A DNA stretch of 62,983 nucleotides, filler included, from Octopus bimaculoides (GCF_001194135.2; 4 parts of 4 records of this genome joined end to end with filler, not necessarily neighbours in it), one strand, 5' to 3'; positions 1-34,710 are shown, numbered from the whole stretch's first letter. Program-made: numbers and translations. The notes: generated by a model from the letters alone, not told the origin.

Positions 1-860
1 ATATATACAGGTATACTATAAGACCCAAGTTAAAAACATTCCCAACAATTCAACTTCTCTGGTTGACATTAACACACCCACCCCCAATAGGGGCCTTCAT
101 TCCCACATTTTAGAGCTCCATGAGCTCCATTTTTCAGGAGCAAAATCCATTTTACAGGTTCCAGAAGACTGAAATTTTGGAATATGTGCATAAAGATTAA
201 TAGAATGGGATACATGTCTCATGATTAGAATTTTTTTAGGGTGTGCAAAGAGGAAAGAACCCTCATGTGCAATTTTGATGAAATTCGAATCATATCTATT
301 ACAGTTCCTTACAGAAAATATAAGAGAAAAGTCTTATCCTTCAATTGCATGTAACACGGGCAACTATCTCTGCTAGTAAACTATAAAGCCTTCACCACAC
401 TGAAACCTACTGGCAGATTTTAATGCTTCTGGAACCAAATGGTGGTGGTGGTGGCAGCAGCGGCATTGTTGTTGTTTAGCCCTGGCCAGCTCTGATTAAG
501 CAGTCCTGGACAAACTACAGCCCATGGGACTTTCTAAATGGCATGCCTAATGAAAAGAATTACCTTGAATTTTTTTTAGTAGTGTGGCCCATCTGTTGAT
601 GAGCCATGTCTCATGGGGTCCTGCTTTTCACAAAAGGTTACCCATACCTGATCTAAAGTATTCCAGCCATAAACTGTTTGGTTATTGGGTACTGTATTGT
701 TCAAAATGTCCTTTTTATATAATGAAGGTTGAATTATTTGAGGGAGATTCAGTTACTAGTTTTAGCAGGTTAAGTGACCAAATAAAGGCTCCTATATTTT
801 GAGATAAGTTGTCTTAATGCAGTTAGAGATTCCAAAGCTGTATTCCATTTAGGATTTTGT

Positions 861-990
861 CATCATCATCATCATCGTTTAACGTCCGCTTTAGCATGGG
901 TTGGACGATTTCACTGAGGACTGGTGATCCAGATGGCTACACCAGGCTCCAATCTGATTTGGCAGAGTTTCTACAGTTGGATGCCCTTAT
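861..990 (-). mobile_element. SINE 3' part (family with CCAACCCATGC-AGCATGG...CGTTAAACGATGATG tail)
   Basis: Reverse complement matches the copies at 3591-3768, 4790-5050 and 22890-23080; ends in a (GAT)n tail. Confidence 0.75.
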
Positions 991-3590
991 CAAATGATAT
1001 GATAATTGGGTAAGAATTTTAAAGTATAGTTATTAAATATGATAAAGTATTCTAGGTATAGGGGTAGGTATGGCTAAATGGTTAAGGAATTCAGTTTGAA
1101 ATCATCAGGCCTTAGGGTTCATCCCATTGCACAACATCTTGGATGTCTTTTTCCATATCCTTTAATAAGTTAGTCAGATGAGGGACAGTACCCATCATCT
1201 TTGTAGACCTTTTAGACTGGTAGAACAATGTGGCTGATACTCAACCTGAGTGACTAGGGTAGGAGAACACTAGGGTATTTGTTCTGAATGTTTGTCAGAG
1301 GCTGAACTTTCCAAAGATGGAAAGATCTTACTGTTATAGTTCTCTCTCTTTCTATATATATATATGTGTATATATAAGGTAATAATACTGTTTATTACCC
1401 ATTTCTAGAACTGTACACAGTGGGTGATATTTAAAACTAAAACAATTTTATCCTGTTTATGCACCAAAATTATTATGGCTGTAGTCAGGTCGGAAATTGG
1501 TAGACAGTTTTTAAAATCTACAGTTAATTGAATAATTTTATGAAAGCCATTTTTCTGCAGATTAATAGAAAACTATTAACAAGTTAAATGGCAGAGTATG
1601 ACACGTGTGTCAAAACAATATTGATGTGTGACAGTGAATGACTGTATGAAAGCAGATGATTTGACAATAGTTTGTGTTAAATGTTGTCATAGTACTACTG
1701 CTAAAATCACACACAATGATTTTTGTCTCTTAAATAGAAGTCTCAGATTTTTTTCAAGGAGACTATGTATGTCATTTTAGAGAAGTATTACATAAAATAC
1801 AAGAGAATAACTGGCATGAGAAACCTTCTGTATTCTTAATCAGTTGTTTATACTGTGTACCTTATTTATCAAAAGTCATAATGAGCAAGGATTTTTACCA
1901 TTGTGTTGAAATACTTTTAAAGTTACAAAAACATTTTCACTGTTATCATGTAAATTAGTGAGTCTGTAAATCTGCCCACATGTCTGCTTTGTTATTTTTG
2001 TTTTGCATAACTTCATATGATTTTGTTTAATGCATAGTCTCTTTGAGGATTAGTCATAACATTTGTCATTCTCATTATTTGAAATTTACGGTGTGCTTTG
2101 TATATTACTAAATCATCAAATAAGCTAGCAACACAATCATGGAGACATGATGGTAGTTATTATGTGTAGTGGATATCATTTGTTGAATTTTCTATACTGA
2201 TCTGCATGAACGAGGTGATCCATAATTATAAGCTTCCAATTTTTTCTGATCCCAAATACTTAGTTGCTCTGAGAGTGGATTGGCATGACAATCCTTTATA
2301 TCAACATTTGGTTTCATTTGATTCCTTCTATTGTCTTACCTCGGATCATTCCTTCTGAGTTTTACTTGCATAACTTGTTAACAAAAAAAGATTTCTAGAA
2401 CATTACATGAAAAGATGGGACATACAATTAATGTTGCATTTACAAGAGACTAAATTATATAGCTATATTGTTCTATCAGATGATCTCTCTATCCTTCTTG
2501 CCATCAGTTTGGTTATTATGATCCATTGTACTGTTTCCAAACAGGTGGTTGGTAAAGCAAACAGCTAATTAAACACATACTTTCAAAATAGTCTCTCTCT
2601 ACTCCCATTCAATAAAATATCTAACTTTTGTCTCATCTATTAACTGTAATGGACCTTGTTCATAACAAATAGTTAAATTTTCCTTGCTACTGTAGTTTTC
2701 CTACTTGGTTTGCTATTAAATGTTGTATACAAAGCAGCTGTTACCAAGGTTAGGTACTTTGACCCAAATAATTAAATGACACCTACTAATAATTACCACT
2801 TTAAAACATGATTATTAGATGGCTGCTTGCAACATCCTTACATGACAATCTATATTTACTTTTTCAAACCATAAGTATGAAATTCATAATTAAAATGTAA
2901 GATCTGGTTAATGCCAAAATTATATACTTAGTGTTGTATGTTGATATAAACTTGGGATTCCAATTTGAACAATTATGACTTTGATATTCTCATCAAAATA
3001 TTCAGTCTGTTATTTCCATATATGACTACTTTGTCAAGTGGTTGGTGGCTAGTCTTCATTAACTCATCCAGTATTGCCAATGGCCATCACACAAACAACT
3101 CAACCACACTAAATATATTCATCATATGTCTACTATAACAGTATCAAGGCTATTTACACATCACTGTAACTTAATCTATCTCTGTTTCAATGTTACTGCA
3201 TTCTTACTAGATCATTTCATTGATTGTAATATCCTATTATTCAATATTGATGTGCTTCATTGCTTGTCAACCACAGATCCGTTATTCTCAAGTGCAGCAT
3301 CTTTTAGGTACACTACTCTAATTACACTCAACTGTACAGATTCAAGCTTCCTTTATACTTCCTTAAACCTATACTTTGACTCTTAATAATTACTGGGTCA
3401 CCTGCTTGACAGTTGAAACTTTTAGCATTTAAACTGGCCTTATCCAGCCTAAATATTCTACCTGTTTTATGTTCAAGCAGGCCAGATCTGGCCTCTCACA
3501 TCTACCTTACAATTTTGCACCATTGACATCTTGAAGTTACTAGATAATGCATGATTAATTCAAAATATTGTCAGTAAATAAGTATTACAT

Positions 3591-3768
3591 TTGTCTGTGT
3601 AAAAAGCACCCAGCACACTCTGCTAAGTGGTTAGCATTAGGAAGGCATCCAGCCATAGAAATCATGCTACAATAGACCGTTGGAGTCTGGACAGATCCCT
3701 GCTAACCAGCTCCATGTCAAACCATCCAACCCATGCCAGCATAGAAAGACAATGCTAAACAACGATGT
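3591..3768 (+). mobile_element. SINE body and tail, same family as 861-990
   Basis: AGGAAGGCATCCAGCCATAGAAA and CCATCCAACCCATGCCAGCAT blocks recur across the window. Confidence 0.75.
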
Positions 3769-3938
3769 GAGTACTCTGAATGTTAAAAGGGTTTAAATCA
3801 GCAAACACATTCTGGACTGTTTCACCCCTTCCATGAGATATAACTGTAAACTTTTGTTAAATATTTTATTGTTTTTTTTTTAATGGTTTTGATAAGCTAA
3901 ATTCCTTATTTGAATTGAATCATATTTCAAAATCTTAA

Positions 3939-25076
<21,138 letters not shown>

Positions 25077-25336
25077 GTTTTCAACTGAAAAGATATATGT
25101 CTCAGAAGTATTTGAAAGAACAAAGTGATTTAGAAATCTTTCTTAAATATGCTGCTAATAACTGTATAAGTATAAACTGTGACATTCCTCTAAGTATTCT
25201 TTTTTTTTAGCTGTACCAGAAGGATTTTTTAAAAATATCTATTTGAGTTAGTAAAACTGTTATTAGTATCTTCAGGTTAAAAGATGTTTATAACATAAAT
25301 ATAAATTCAAATTATATAACTTTTGAAAACAATAAT

Positions 25337-25375
25337 TCTCCATATATGTGTGTGTATGTGTATGTATATATATAA

Positions 25376-25423
<48 letters not shown>

Positions 25424-25760
25424 ATATATATGTGTATACATGTGTGTATATATATATATATGTATATATAGTATATATGTATATATATGTATATGTGTAT
25501 ATATGTTTATATATGTGTGTATATATATATGTATATGTGTATATATATGTGTATGTATATGTGTATATATATGTGTATGTATATGTGTATATATATATAT
25601 GTGTGTGTGTGTGTATATATATATATATGTGTATATGTGTTTTTATATGTATATGTGTATATACATATATATATGTATATGTGTATGTATATGTATATAT
25701 GTATATGTGTATATATATGTATATATGTATATATATGTATGTATGTATATATATAAATAA
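25337..25760. repeat. Compound (TA)n/(TG)n/(TATG)n microsatellite
   Basis: Directly visible; source of several spurious YIYI-type ORFs. Confidence 0.95.
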
Positions 25761-25885
25761 AACTAACTTGGAAATGGTTGCGTGGCATTTGATCATATAA
25801 TGATATAAATAATATATAAATATATGCATATATACATACATATATATACATACCTACATATATATGCATATATACATGCATATAT

Positions 25886-26015
25886 GGGTACAGAACGTCA
25901 AAATAAAAGCATGAACAAAATGAGAAACGAGAACATAAAAAACAAAAGCATAGAAAACAAAGTTTTTTTATGTTCTCATATCTTATTTTCTTCACGTTTT
26001 TTGACATCCTGTACC
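25886..26015. mobile_element. 130-bp foldback (MITE-like) element
   Basis: GGGTACAGAACGTCAAAA / TTTTGACATCCTGTACCC outer inverted arms plus inner perfect arms GAGAACATAAAAAAC / GTTTTTTATGTTCTC. Confidence 0.7.
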
Positions 26016-26029
26016 CATGTATGCATGTA

Positions 26030-26065
<36 letters not shown>

Positions 26066-26083
26066 GGTATGTACATATACGTA

Positions 26084-27297
26084 TTGGGTTGTCCGGAAAG
26101 TTCATGCCGATTTTTAAAGGAAAGAAAAAGGTCAACAAATACTTGCCATTACATTTTTGATCAACTAAATATGAACCATTTTGTTGCACAATGCGTCTCC
26201 ATCTTTCCTTTAACTTGAAAATACCCTCTTCCCAGAATTGAGGTGGTTTCATGGCAAAGAATTCATCAAGGTATCTTTTTACGTCATCCAAGGAATTGAA
26301 ATTTTTACCATTAAGACTATTCTGCAGAGACCTGAATAAGCGGAAATCCAAAAGAGCAATATCTGGTGAAAATGGAGGGTGGGGTAACACATCCCAGCCG
26401 AGCTGTAGCAATTTTTGTCTGGTTCCCAAAGAAACGTGCGGTCTTGCATTATCATGTTGGAAAACAACACCCTTCCTTTTGGCCAATTGGGGACATTTCT
26501 CTTGAATTGCTGCTTTTAACTCGTCCAGTTGTGTGCAGCATTTCTCAGAATTAATTGTCTGGTTACTTGGGAAAAGCAAGACTTTTTTAGGGTGAAGACC
26601 CGCTTTTGGGGTGGCTAAGGGTGGCTCATGTCGCTTACTCCAGGATCACTTTCTCTGAACATTTCGGTAGATAATCCATTTCTCATCACTTGTTACAATT
26701 TGCTTTAAAAAAGGCGCGTTTTCATTCCGTTTATAAAGCGAATCACAGATGGAAATGCGATCCAAAAGATTCTTCTCACTCAACTCATGTAGTACCCAAA
26801 CATCGTAGTGATTTATGTATCCAAGCTTTACCAGGTGCTCATGAACGACGGAGGCTTTTTGCCAATTCTTGGGTTGTGCAATGTGGGTTATTCTCAATTA
26901 ATGACTTGATTTGGTCATCATATGTAGTGGACGGCCTGCCTGATCACTCTTTATCAATAAGACTACAATCTCCAGCTCGGAACCTTGCGAACTCTTCCGT
27001 ACAGTTCTTTCGGATAAAGAAAGATCACTGTAAAATGCGCATATTTCTTTGGTTGCTTGTGAGGCATTTTTCCCTTTACGGAAAAAGAAAAGCATCAAGT
27101 GCCAAAAATGAACTTTCTTCAAGATTACAGAATTAATACAGGCTATAGGAACATAAACCTTCTTCCACAAAAAGATAGCTTACACTGTGCTCTAAATGCA
27201 GGTGTAGTAAAATTCTATTTTATGGACTCAACCATGTTCTAAACTAAGTTGAAAGGTAAGCTACTGTAAATCGGCACGAACTTTCCAGACAACCCAA
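26084..27297 (-). mobile_element. Mariner (DD34D) transposon, both ends present, defective transposase
   Basis: 30-bp TIRs (TTGGGTTGTCCGGAAAGTTCATGCCGATTT, 2 mismatches) flanked by TA at 26082-83 and 27298-99; 1214 bp. Confidence 0.95.
26150..27170 (-). pseudogene. Mariner transposase pseudogene
   Basis: ORFs 26898..27170, 26646..26897 and 25992..26579 carry WVLHEL, VTSDEKW, QHDNARPH and FSPDIALLDFRLFRSLQNSL; frameshifts and an apparent deletion after PKKV. The RSLQNSL tail suggests the mellifera subfamily (inference). Confidence 0.88.
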
Positions 27298-27353
27298 TAT
27301 GTATATATGCATTTATATTTCTATATTATTTATATTATTATATATATATGTAT

Positions 27354-27437
<84 letters not shown>

Positions 27438-28023
27438 NNNNNNNNNNNNNNNNNNNNNNNNNNNNNNNNNNNNNNNNNNNNNNNNNNNNNNNNNNNNNNN
27501 NNNNNNNNNNNNNNNNNNNNNNNNNNNNNNNNNNNNNNNNNNNNNNNNNNNNNNNNNNNNNNNNNNNNNNNNNNNNNNNNNNNNNNNNNNNNNNNNNNNN
27601 NNNNNNNNNNNNNNNNNNNNNNNNNNNNNNNNNNNNNNNNNNNNNNNNNNNNNNNNNNNNNNNNNNNNNNNNNNNNNNNNNNNNNNNNNNNNNNNNNNNN
27701 NNNNNNNNNNNNNNNNNNNNNNNNNNNNNNNNNNNNNNNNNNNNNNNNNNNNNNNNNNNNNNNNNNNNNNNNNNNNNNNNNNNNNNNNNNNNNNNNNNNN
27801 NNNNNNNNNNNNNNNNNNNNNNNNNNNNNNNNNNNNNNNNNNNNNNNNNNNNNNNNNNNNNNNNNNNNNNNNNNNNNNNNNNNNNNNNNNNNNNNNNNNN
27901 NNNNNNNNNNNNNNNNNNNNNNNNNNNNNNNNNNNNNNNNNNNNNNNNNNNNNNNNNNNNNNNNNNNNNNNNNNNNNNNNNNNNNNNNNNNNNNNNNNNN
28001 NNNNNNNNNNNNNNNNNNNNNNN

Positions 28024-28134
<111 letters not shown>

Positions 28135-28898
28135 TTCATGTATTACATCTAAAGCTTCACTTGATCACTACTCTGTTTTTGTGATTTCACAGACAATTTG
28201 TGAAAGTGGTTGCTATAGGATTTGAATTATTAAAAAGGCCCAAAAGTTATATACACACAACCCACACCTTATTGGTGTTCAGTACTCATGTATATATGTA
28301 TATAGTGTGTAGACAATTAGATGCCATTGTTTTGTCTTTAGTTTATGAAATTATCTGTCAGATGATTATATTTATTTATTATTGGTTGTTTCTATTTTTG
28401 TATTAACTATAATGCCTTCAATCAATTCATTCCAAAAATGTTCATATTTTAAAGAATAAGTCATTTTGCCTTAAATTAGTTTACTCTGTTTGACTGCAAC
28501 TTTATAACTACTTATATTTTTTTTTTGAATTTCATCTCATTTTCATTAACAGTTTAAAGTCTAAATCTTGGAAAATTTATTTCTGTATATGTATATATGT
28601 GTTATAGCAAACAATGTAGTCCTAGATATACAAAATGACAGTATTGTATCATAGCTTGAGTGCCTTTGAGCACAGGTCTGCTCAATTGGAACTAAGCAAC
28701 AACATATATCTATATTTCAGGTTGTTGACAAAAAACATGTTTGTCATAGCTTAACAATAATAGTTAAATATTTATATTTCTGAAATGAAATGGTTATGAC
28801 GATTGTTTTAAGTGTTGTTTAGTTCATTGAAAATTCTTCTGGATACACACACACACACACATATATATATAAATACACACAAACACACACACTTGCAC

Positions 28899-28935
<37 letters not shown>

Positions 28936-28987
28936 TAGATAGATAGATACATACATACATATATGCATAAATATATATATATATATA

Positions 28988-30510
28988 CACAGGGTTATTC
29001 AAAAAGAATGAACCCATTTCATTATGCAGGATGTTAATAAGGAAAAGCAATAGAAAACTCCAGCTAAGTCAAGTATTTATTCACAGTCAACTTTTAGTTC
29101 CTGTCTTACAAGTGTTCAATGTAGCCACCACCTGCAGCATGGGTAACATGAATGCGATAAGAGAATTCCTCCCAGTCATCCTGAGAATTCCTCTCATGGT
29201 CGTCCTGGACTTTTTCCTTTACACAGCATATCATGATACACTGAGTTGATCGCTGTTGCTATTCAATGTTTAAGGTCATTGAGGTTAGTGCATAGTGATG
29301 AAACATAAACGCAATTTTTTACATGTCCCCACAAGAAAAAATTACACACAGTGAGGCATGGGGATCTCGCAGGCCAAGTACAAAGAGCAAGGTCTTGGGT
29401 GCCTTTCCAACCAATCCATCGCTGGGGCACTTTTCCATTTAAAAAAGCTCGAATCACCAGGTGCTAATGGGGTGATGCTCCATCTTGTTGAAAAATGAAA
29501 TCATGAATCTGCTTGCAGGGAAGTGAAGAGCCAGTTTTGGAGCATATCAAGATATCAAGATGTCCTGTAATAGTGTTTCCTTTGAAGAAAAAGAGACTAT
29601 GAACCTTGTGCTGAGACACAGCACGTTCCCCTTAGGGGAATCTCTTTCATGCTCAACTGTTCCATGTGGGTGCTCTGTTCCCCAAATATGTACATGATGA
29701 CGATTGGCTGTGCTGCTCAAGTGAAAAGTCACTTCATCACTAAAAATTACATGTAAAATTAAGGTTTCATCTTCCATCATCCCCAGCATCAATTCGCAAA
29801 ATTCCATCTACTTCTTCTTGTTGTCATTGATAAGTGCCTGAACGAGGTGTAGTCTGTATGGTTTCAAATGTAGACATCTTCTTAGCACACATCAGATAGT
29901 GGATTGAGGGATCGCAAGCTCACAGCTAGCTCGATTTGTGCACTTCTGAGGGCTCCCCTCATATGCATTCTCACCACTTGTTTCTCCGAAACTCATGGTT
30001 GTCCTGAACTTTTTCCTTTACACAGACACTCTTCTCTTTTCAAACTGTTGAAACCACCATTGAATGTTCTTAGGAGGGGGCGAATTAATGTCGAATCGCG
30101 TTCGAAAAGCATGCTGAACCATGACAACCAAATTTGTTTATGTGAACTCGATAACACAGAATGCCTTTTTCTAAGGACTCACCATTCTGAGTGCCCCTGT
30201 GGCAGCCATTTAAAACTTAGAAAACTCCACCGTAGCCCATTAACCTCGACAGCCTTAAATATCGAATAACAACAGAAATCAATTCAGTGGATCATGATAT
30301 GCTGATACACATCTGGTAGGAATTCTCTTATCGCATTGATGTATTGATGTTGCCTGTGCTGCAGGTGGTAGCCACATTGAACATTTCTAAGACGGGAGAT
30401 AAAACTTGATTGTGAGTAAATACTTGTGACATAGCTAGAGTTTTATATAACATTTCCATATTGAAATATTGCGTAATGAAACTGGTTCGTTCTTTTTGAA
30501 TTACCCCGTG
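28988..30510 (-). mobile_element. rosa-like (DD41D-type) Tc1/mariner element with long TIRs, decayed
   Basis: TA-flanked ends CACAGGGTTATTCAAAAAGAA / TTCTTTTTGAATTACCCCGTG; inverted similarity extends about 260-290 bp inward. ORFs 29547..29807 (IFSDEVTFHLS..NRHHVHIWG) and 29263..29457 (RWIG..WPARSPCLTVCNFFLWGHVK). Confidence 0.85.
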
Positions 30511-31532
30511 TATATATATATATATAGCCTTTGTGACTACATATACATACACATGCTTATCTATAAGTAATTACTTCCAAGGAATTTATTTTCATATATA
30601 TGAAATGAATAACAGTATGAATTGTCCTTAAATGTTAGGAAAACATCAGTGAACTACTATTTCTGTTCAATTATTTTCCTCAAAACTAATATTAATATGT
30701 CACTTGAATTATTATTACTAATATTAACACTACAAGTTACATGAAGTTTCCCACTGTGGTTCATTGATTTTAGCTTACTTAGTTCAATATAAAATGATTC
30801 AAATTCAATTTAACGAAAAACATTGGAAATGCATTAGCATAAATCAATGTTTTTCAGCTATGATGCTGCAGAACCTTACTGTAATTACAGACCAGATTTA
30901 CAAAATTAACTTGTAATAATCTTGGAACATTGATAGCATTAAAATAGAAAAATACAATACTGAAATTTCATAAAGAAAATTAACTAGGCATGTTACAGTT
31001 AAAGGCATTTAACATGGGAGTGATATCATTAAATAAAGTTTGAATGTCACTTGTATGATTTAATCTTAAATAACGTTTTTGGCTAAAATTTCGTACCTTT
31101 CTTTCACGTGATTTAAGGGGAAGAAATAATTTGTCTTCATCACAATGATGTATGCTTAGGATTGTTGTTATTTATTGATATTTGAGGGTACTGGAGTAGC
31201 AGAAATGGAGTGCCATTCCTAATTGCCTTGTGGCATTTGTTCATAATTTGTGTCCCAAGAAAGTTGATTTTACATTCCGCCATTCTAGAATTAATAAATT
31301 AAGTATCATGGACTTAGTGTGGTTGATTTATGTATATATATATATATGTGTGTGTATATATATGTGTGTATATATATGTATGTATGTATATATATATATA
31401 TATGTATATGTGTGTGTGTGTGTATATATATANNNNNNNNNNNNNNNNNNNNNNNNNNNNNNNNNNNNNNNNNNNNTTAATTAATTAANNNNNNNNNNNN
31501 NNNNNNNNNNNNNNNNNNNNNNNNNNNNNNNN

Positions 31533-31596
<64 letters not shown>

Positions 31597-31879
31597 ACAA
31601 ACATACACATACATCGTTATATATATTTTTCCCATGACACAAGATGTACAAATAACGTTATCAGAATCTCATCTGACTCGTGTACCAGAATTGCACAAAA
31701 TGATGCTAACACCAATGTTTATTTAATCAGTTTTGCTATTGGTGATATGAGAAATTCAAAACTGCTCTAGTTGTATATGTGTTTATTTGGATTATGCATA
31801 TCTTGAGCTTCAATATATAGCCTTCAGATTTTCTTTTTACATTTCTCTTTCGCGGAGATTTAAATCTAAACAAATTAAA

Positions 31880-32670
31880 AAATATGACCTATCTAATTTC
31901 CAAAGTGAATAAAGTGTTGGAGCGGAGATGGCTTGCGGAATTCGAAAGGGACAGTCTCTAAAACATGTCGGTATTCCAAAACCAAGTTAAAGCCAGCTCA
32001 TGCAAGCGTAGTTCTTGTTAGGAGACAAAGCTCACAGAGAGGAAGCGCAGAATAGAAATACGTATTGTGTCTTCAAGCCACCGAACTATGACATGAAATG
32101 TGACAGCTATACTAAACCATCTTGTTGCAATCGTATGTGAACCAAAACTCTTCGCCTTGAGAGCCGTGCCATGGAATGGCTGTAATTGCTAAACCTCTCC
32201 TGACCTGATCAAGACTGATAAGCAGAATAAAATGGTGTGTAGTCAATCAGAAGTGATCAATGGTGTGTAGTCAATCAGAAGTGATCAATGGTGTGTAGTC
32301 AATCAGAAGTGATCAATGGTAAATCATTATTCACTCTTTTACTTATTTGGAGGAGACTTTATATCTGGAGACAGTCTACAGAAGCCTTGAACCCAGACTG
32401 TTTGGCTCTTAACGTGAATCATGGCCGGTGGGTTTGCGATAATTTGAGCAGCCATATCATGAAATTCTCTAGGCCTTCTTGTTGCTCCAGTTTACGCCAA
32501 GGATTGTAAGAGTTTACGCCAAGGGTTATAAGAGTATTTTGGCTGACCATCGTGTTTGCGGTGATAGCACAACTTTCCAGGTAGAGAAAGCATTGAGACA
32601 CATGGCTACTGTCATCAAAATTTAATACGAAGAACACAGAAGTGAAGTAGACTGCTTGGATTTCCCATCT

Positions 32671-32736
<66 letters not shown>

Positions 32737-32985
32737 GAACATTTATGGTGCATTTTGAAGTTGCAAGTAAGGAGCCACTTTCCTATGGCATCATCCCTGA
32801 AACAACTAAAGGAAGTTTTGCTTTACGAATGGTTTAAAGTCACCCTAACAATCCCTGAGAATCTGTATAGGTCAATTACTCGACGTAACAAAGATGTAAT
32901 TGATGCCAAAATTGGACCAACTTCGTCTCAAATTCTCAAACTTTCATTTTACAAAGTCGTTTCAATATTTTGTCTAACTGTTGTA
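31880..32985 (+). mobile_element. Tc1 (DD34E-type) transposon remnant
   Basis: Frameshifted PDCL..V.HG/GGFAII*AAIS*NSLG; ORF 32656 reads IEHLWCILKLQVR...LKQLKEVLLYEW..NLYRSITRR; right end GTTTCAATATTTTGTCTAACTGTTG-TA; a (CA)n tract interrupts the SPDL motif. Confidence 0.8.
32231..32320. repeat. 28-bp tandem repeat x3 inside the Tc1 remnant
   Basis: AATGGTGTGTAGTCAATCAGAAGTGATC three times, identical, with no spacers. Confidence 0.92.
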
Positions 32986-33381
32986 CGTTACCGAGATTAT
33001 CTTTAACTTAACTAAAGAATATTACGGTATATATATATTGTACAGTTATACTGCAACATAAATTTCAAATTTTGGCACAGGGCCAGCAGTTTCGGGGTAA
33101 GGGACAAGACAACTACATCGACCCCAGTCCTAAACTGGTACTTATCTTATCGACCCCGAAAGGAAAAAAGGCAAAGTCGACCTCGATGGAATTTGACTTT
33201 AGAACGTAAAGATGGACGAAATGCAGCTAAGCATTTTGTCCGGCGTACTAACGATCCTTCCAGCTTGCTGTTGTAATATTATTTCAACATTTCCTCTTTT
33301 TACATTCAGAACTCTCGTCCTTTGTTTCATACGCCTAAATACAAAGTAGACAGCATTTATGAATTCTGAGGTGCATATACC

Positions 33382-33429
33382 ATCATCATCATCTTCACCA
33401 CCACCACCACCACCATCATCATCATCATT

Positions 33430-33493
<64 letters not shown>

Positions 33494-33555
33494 CTATTAT
33501 CATTATCATTATTGTTTTTGTTGTTGATGATGATGATGATGATGATGATGATGAC
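33382..33555. repeat. (ATC)n tract followed by its complement (GAT)n
   Basis: Directly visible trinucleotide tracts in inverted arrangement. Confidence 0.9.
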
Positions 33556-33600
33556 GAAAAATACCTTAGGAATGAGAACCCAGGTTCGAAATTTCCTCAG

Positions 33601-33644
33601 GACACCTGATGAAGGCTGGAGGATATCAGCCGAAACGTTGTGTT
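33601..33644 (+). ncRNA. Minimal type I hammerhead ribozyme motif, canonical core
   Basis: GACAC CUGAUGA A GGCUG gaggauau CAGCC GAA AC GU U GUGUU: helix I 5 bp (1 G-U), extra A after A9, helix II 5 bp, palindromic ACGU helix III, GUU triplet. Confidence 0.75.
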
Positions 33645-33954
33645 AACAACAAACAAGATGAGGACAAATATCCGTCAAATGTAAATAATATTCATAATTC
33701 CTCATCTCTTAAATATAGAACTCTAAGGAGTCTAGCAAATTTGTATTTTTGAGCACTTGTTTATAGGAATCAGTAGAAAAATTATTTGCTGATGTATACA
33801 GATGTCTGCTAAACAGATAAACAATCCGTTCTACTATAGGCACAAAGTCTGCAATTTTGGGGGAGGGGGATAGTCGATTACATTGGCCCCAGTACTCAAC
33901 TGGTACTTATTTTGTCGACCTTCTTGCTCTCGTGAGATCCATCGGCACGGGCAG

Positions 33955-34006
33955 CTTCGACTGAAGCTGCCGCACAACGAAGTCGAATCCCTGTGGTATC
34001 TCGAAA
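33955..34006 (+). ncRNA. Degenerate hammerhead-like motif (family shared with 34711-34760)
   Basis: CUUCGA CUGAAG..GUC GAA..GUAU C UCGAA: helix I intact, core and helices II and III damaged. Confidence 0.3.
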
Positions 34007-34710
34007 TCCCTTACACCGGTGAATCACGTGTGTCACGAACACGATTCGTTTTAAGGGAGATGTTCTCTGTTAGCGTATAATATTAGTTTCAAATTTTGGC
34101 ACAAAGCCAGCAATTTCGGAAGAGGGGATAAGTCGATTACATCGACCCAAGTGTTCAGCTCTTATTTATTTTATCGATCTCAAAGGATGAAGGGCAAAAT
34201 CAACCTCAGCGGAATTTGAACTTTGAACGTAAAGACAGTCGAAATGCCGCTAAGCATTTCGCCAGCGAGCTAATGATTTTGCCTGCTCTCCGCCATCTAT
34301 TAGCGAATAATATTAATTTTAAATTTTGGCACAAGGCCAGCAACTTTGGGGGCTGGGGTAAGTCGATTACATCGACCCGTAGTACTCAACTATCGACCCA
34401 AGAAGTATGAAAAGAAAAGTTAACATCGCTGGAATTAGTATTCAGAACGTTAATACGCACGAAATGTCGCTAAATATTTTCCACGACGTGCCAACGATTC
34501 TGTCTGCTTGCTGCCATATGTTCAAATATACATATTTGAATCTGCTACAACGTATTAAAAATGATTAGATGGTTGGATTCTCACAGTTCTACGGGCACCT
34601 GTGTATTATTATCTGTTTGGCAGGAATCTACACGCATCAGCAAATAGTTTATTTGCTGATTCCTGTAAACAAGAGTTCTTGTCATTGTGAGATTCATCGG
34701 TTACGGGTAG

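Noticed and set aside
31477-31488. TTAATTAATTAA islands inside N runs (also 47024-47035 and 60185-60196)
   Set aside because: Identical 12-mers with stops in all six frames, padded by N, indicate an artificial assembly linker; adjacency across them is uncertain
32231-32320. 28-bp repeat x3 as a CRISPR array
   Set aside because: No spacers, no cas genes, and it lies inside a Tc1 remnant in a eukaryotic context
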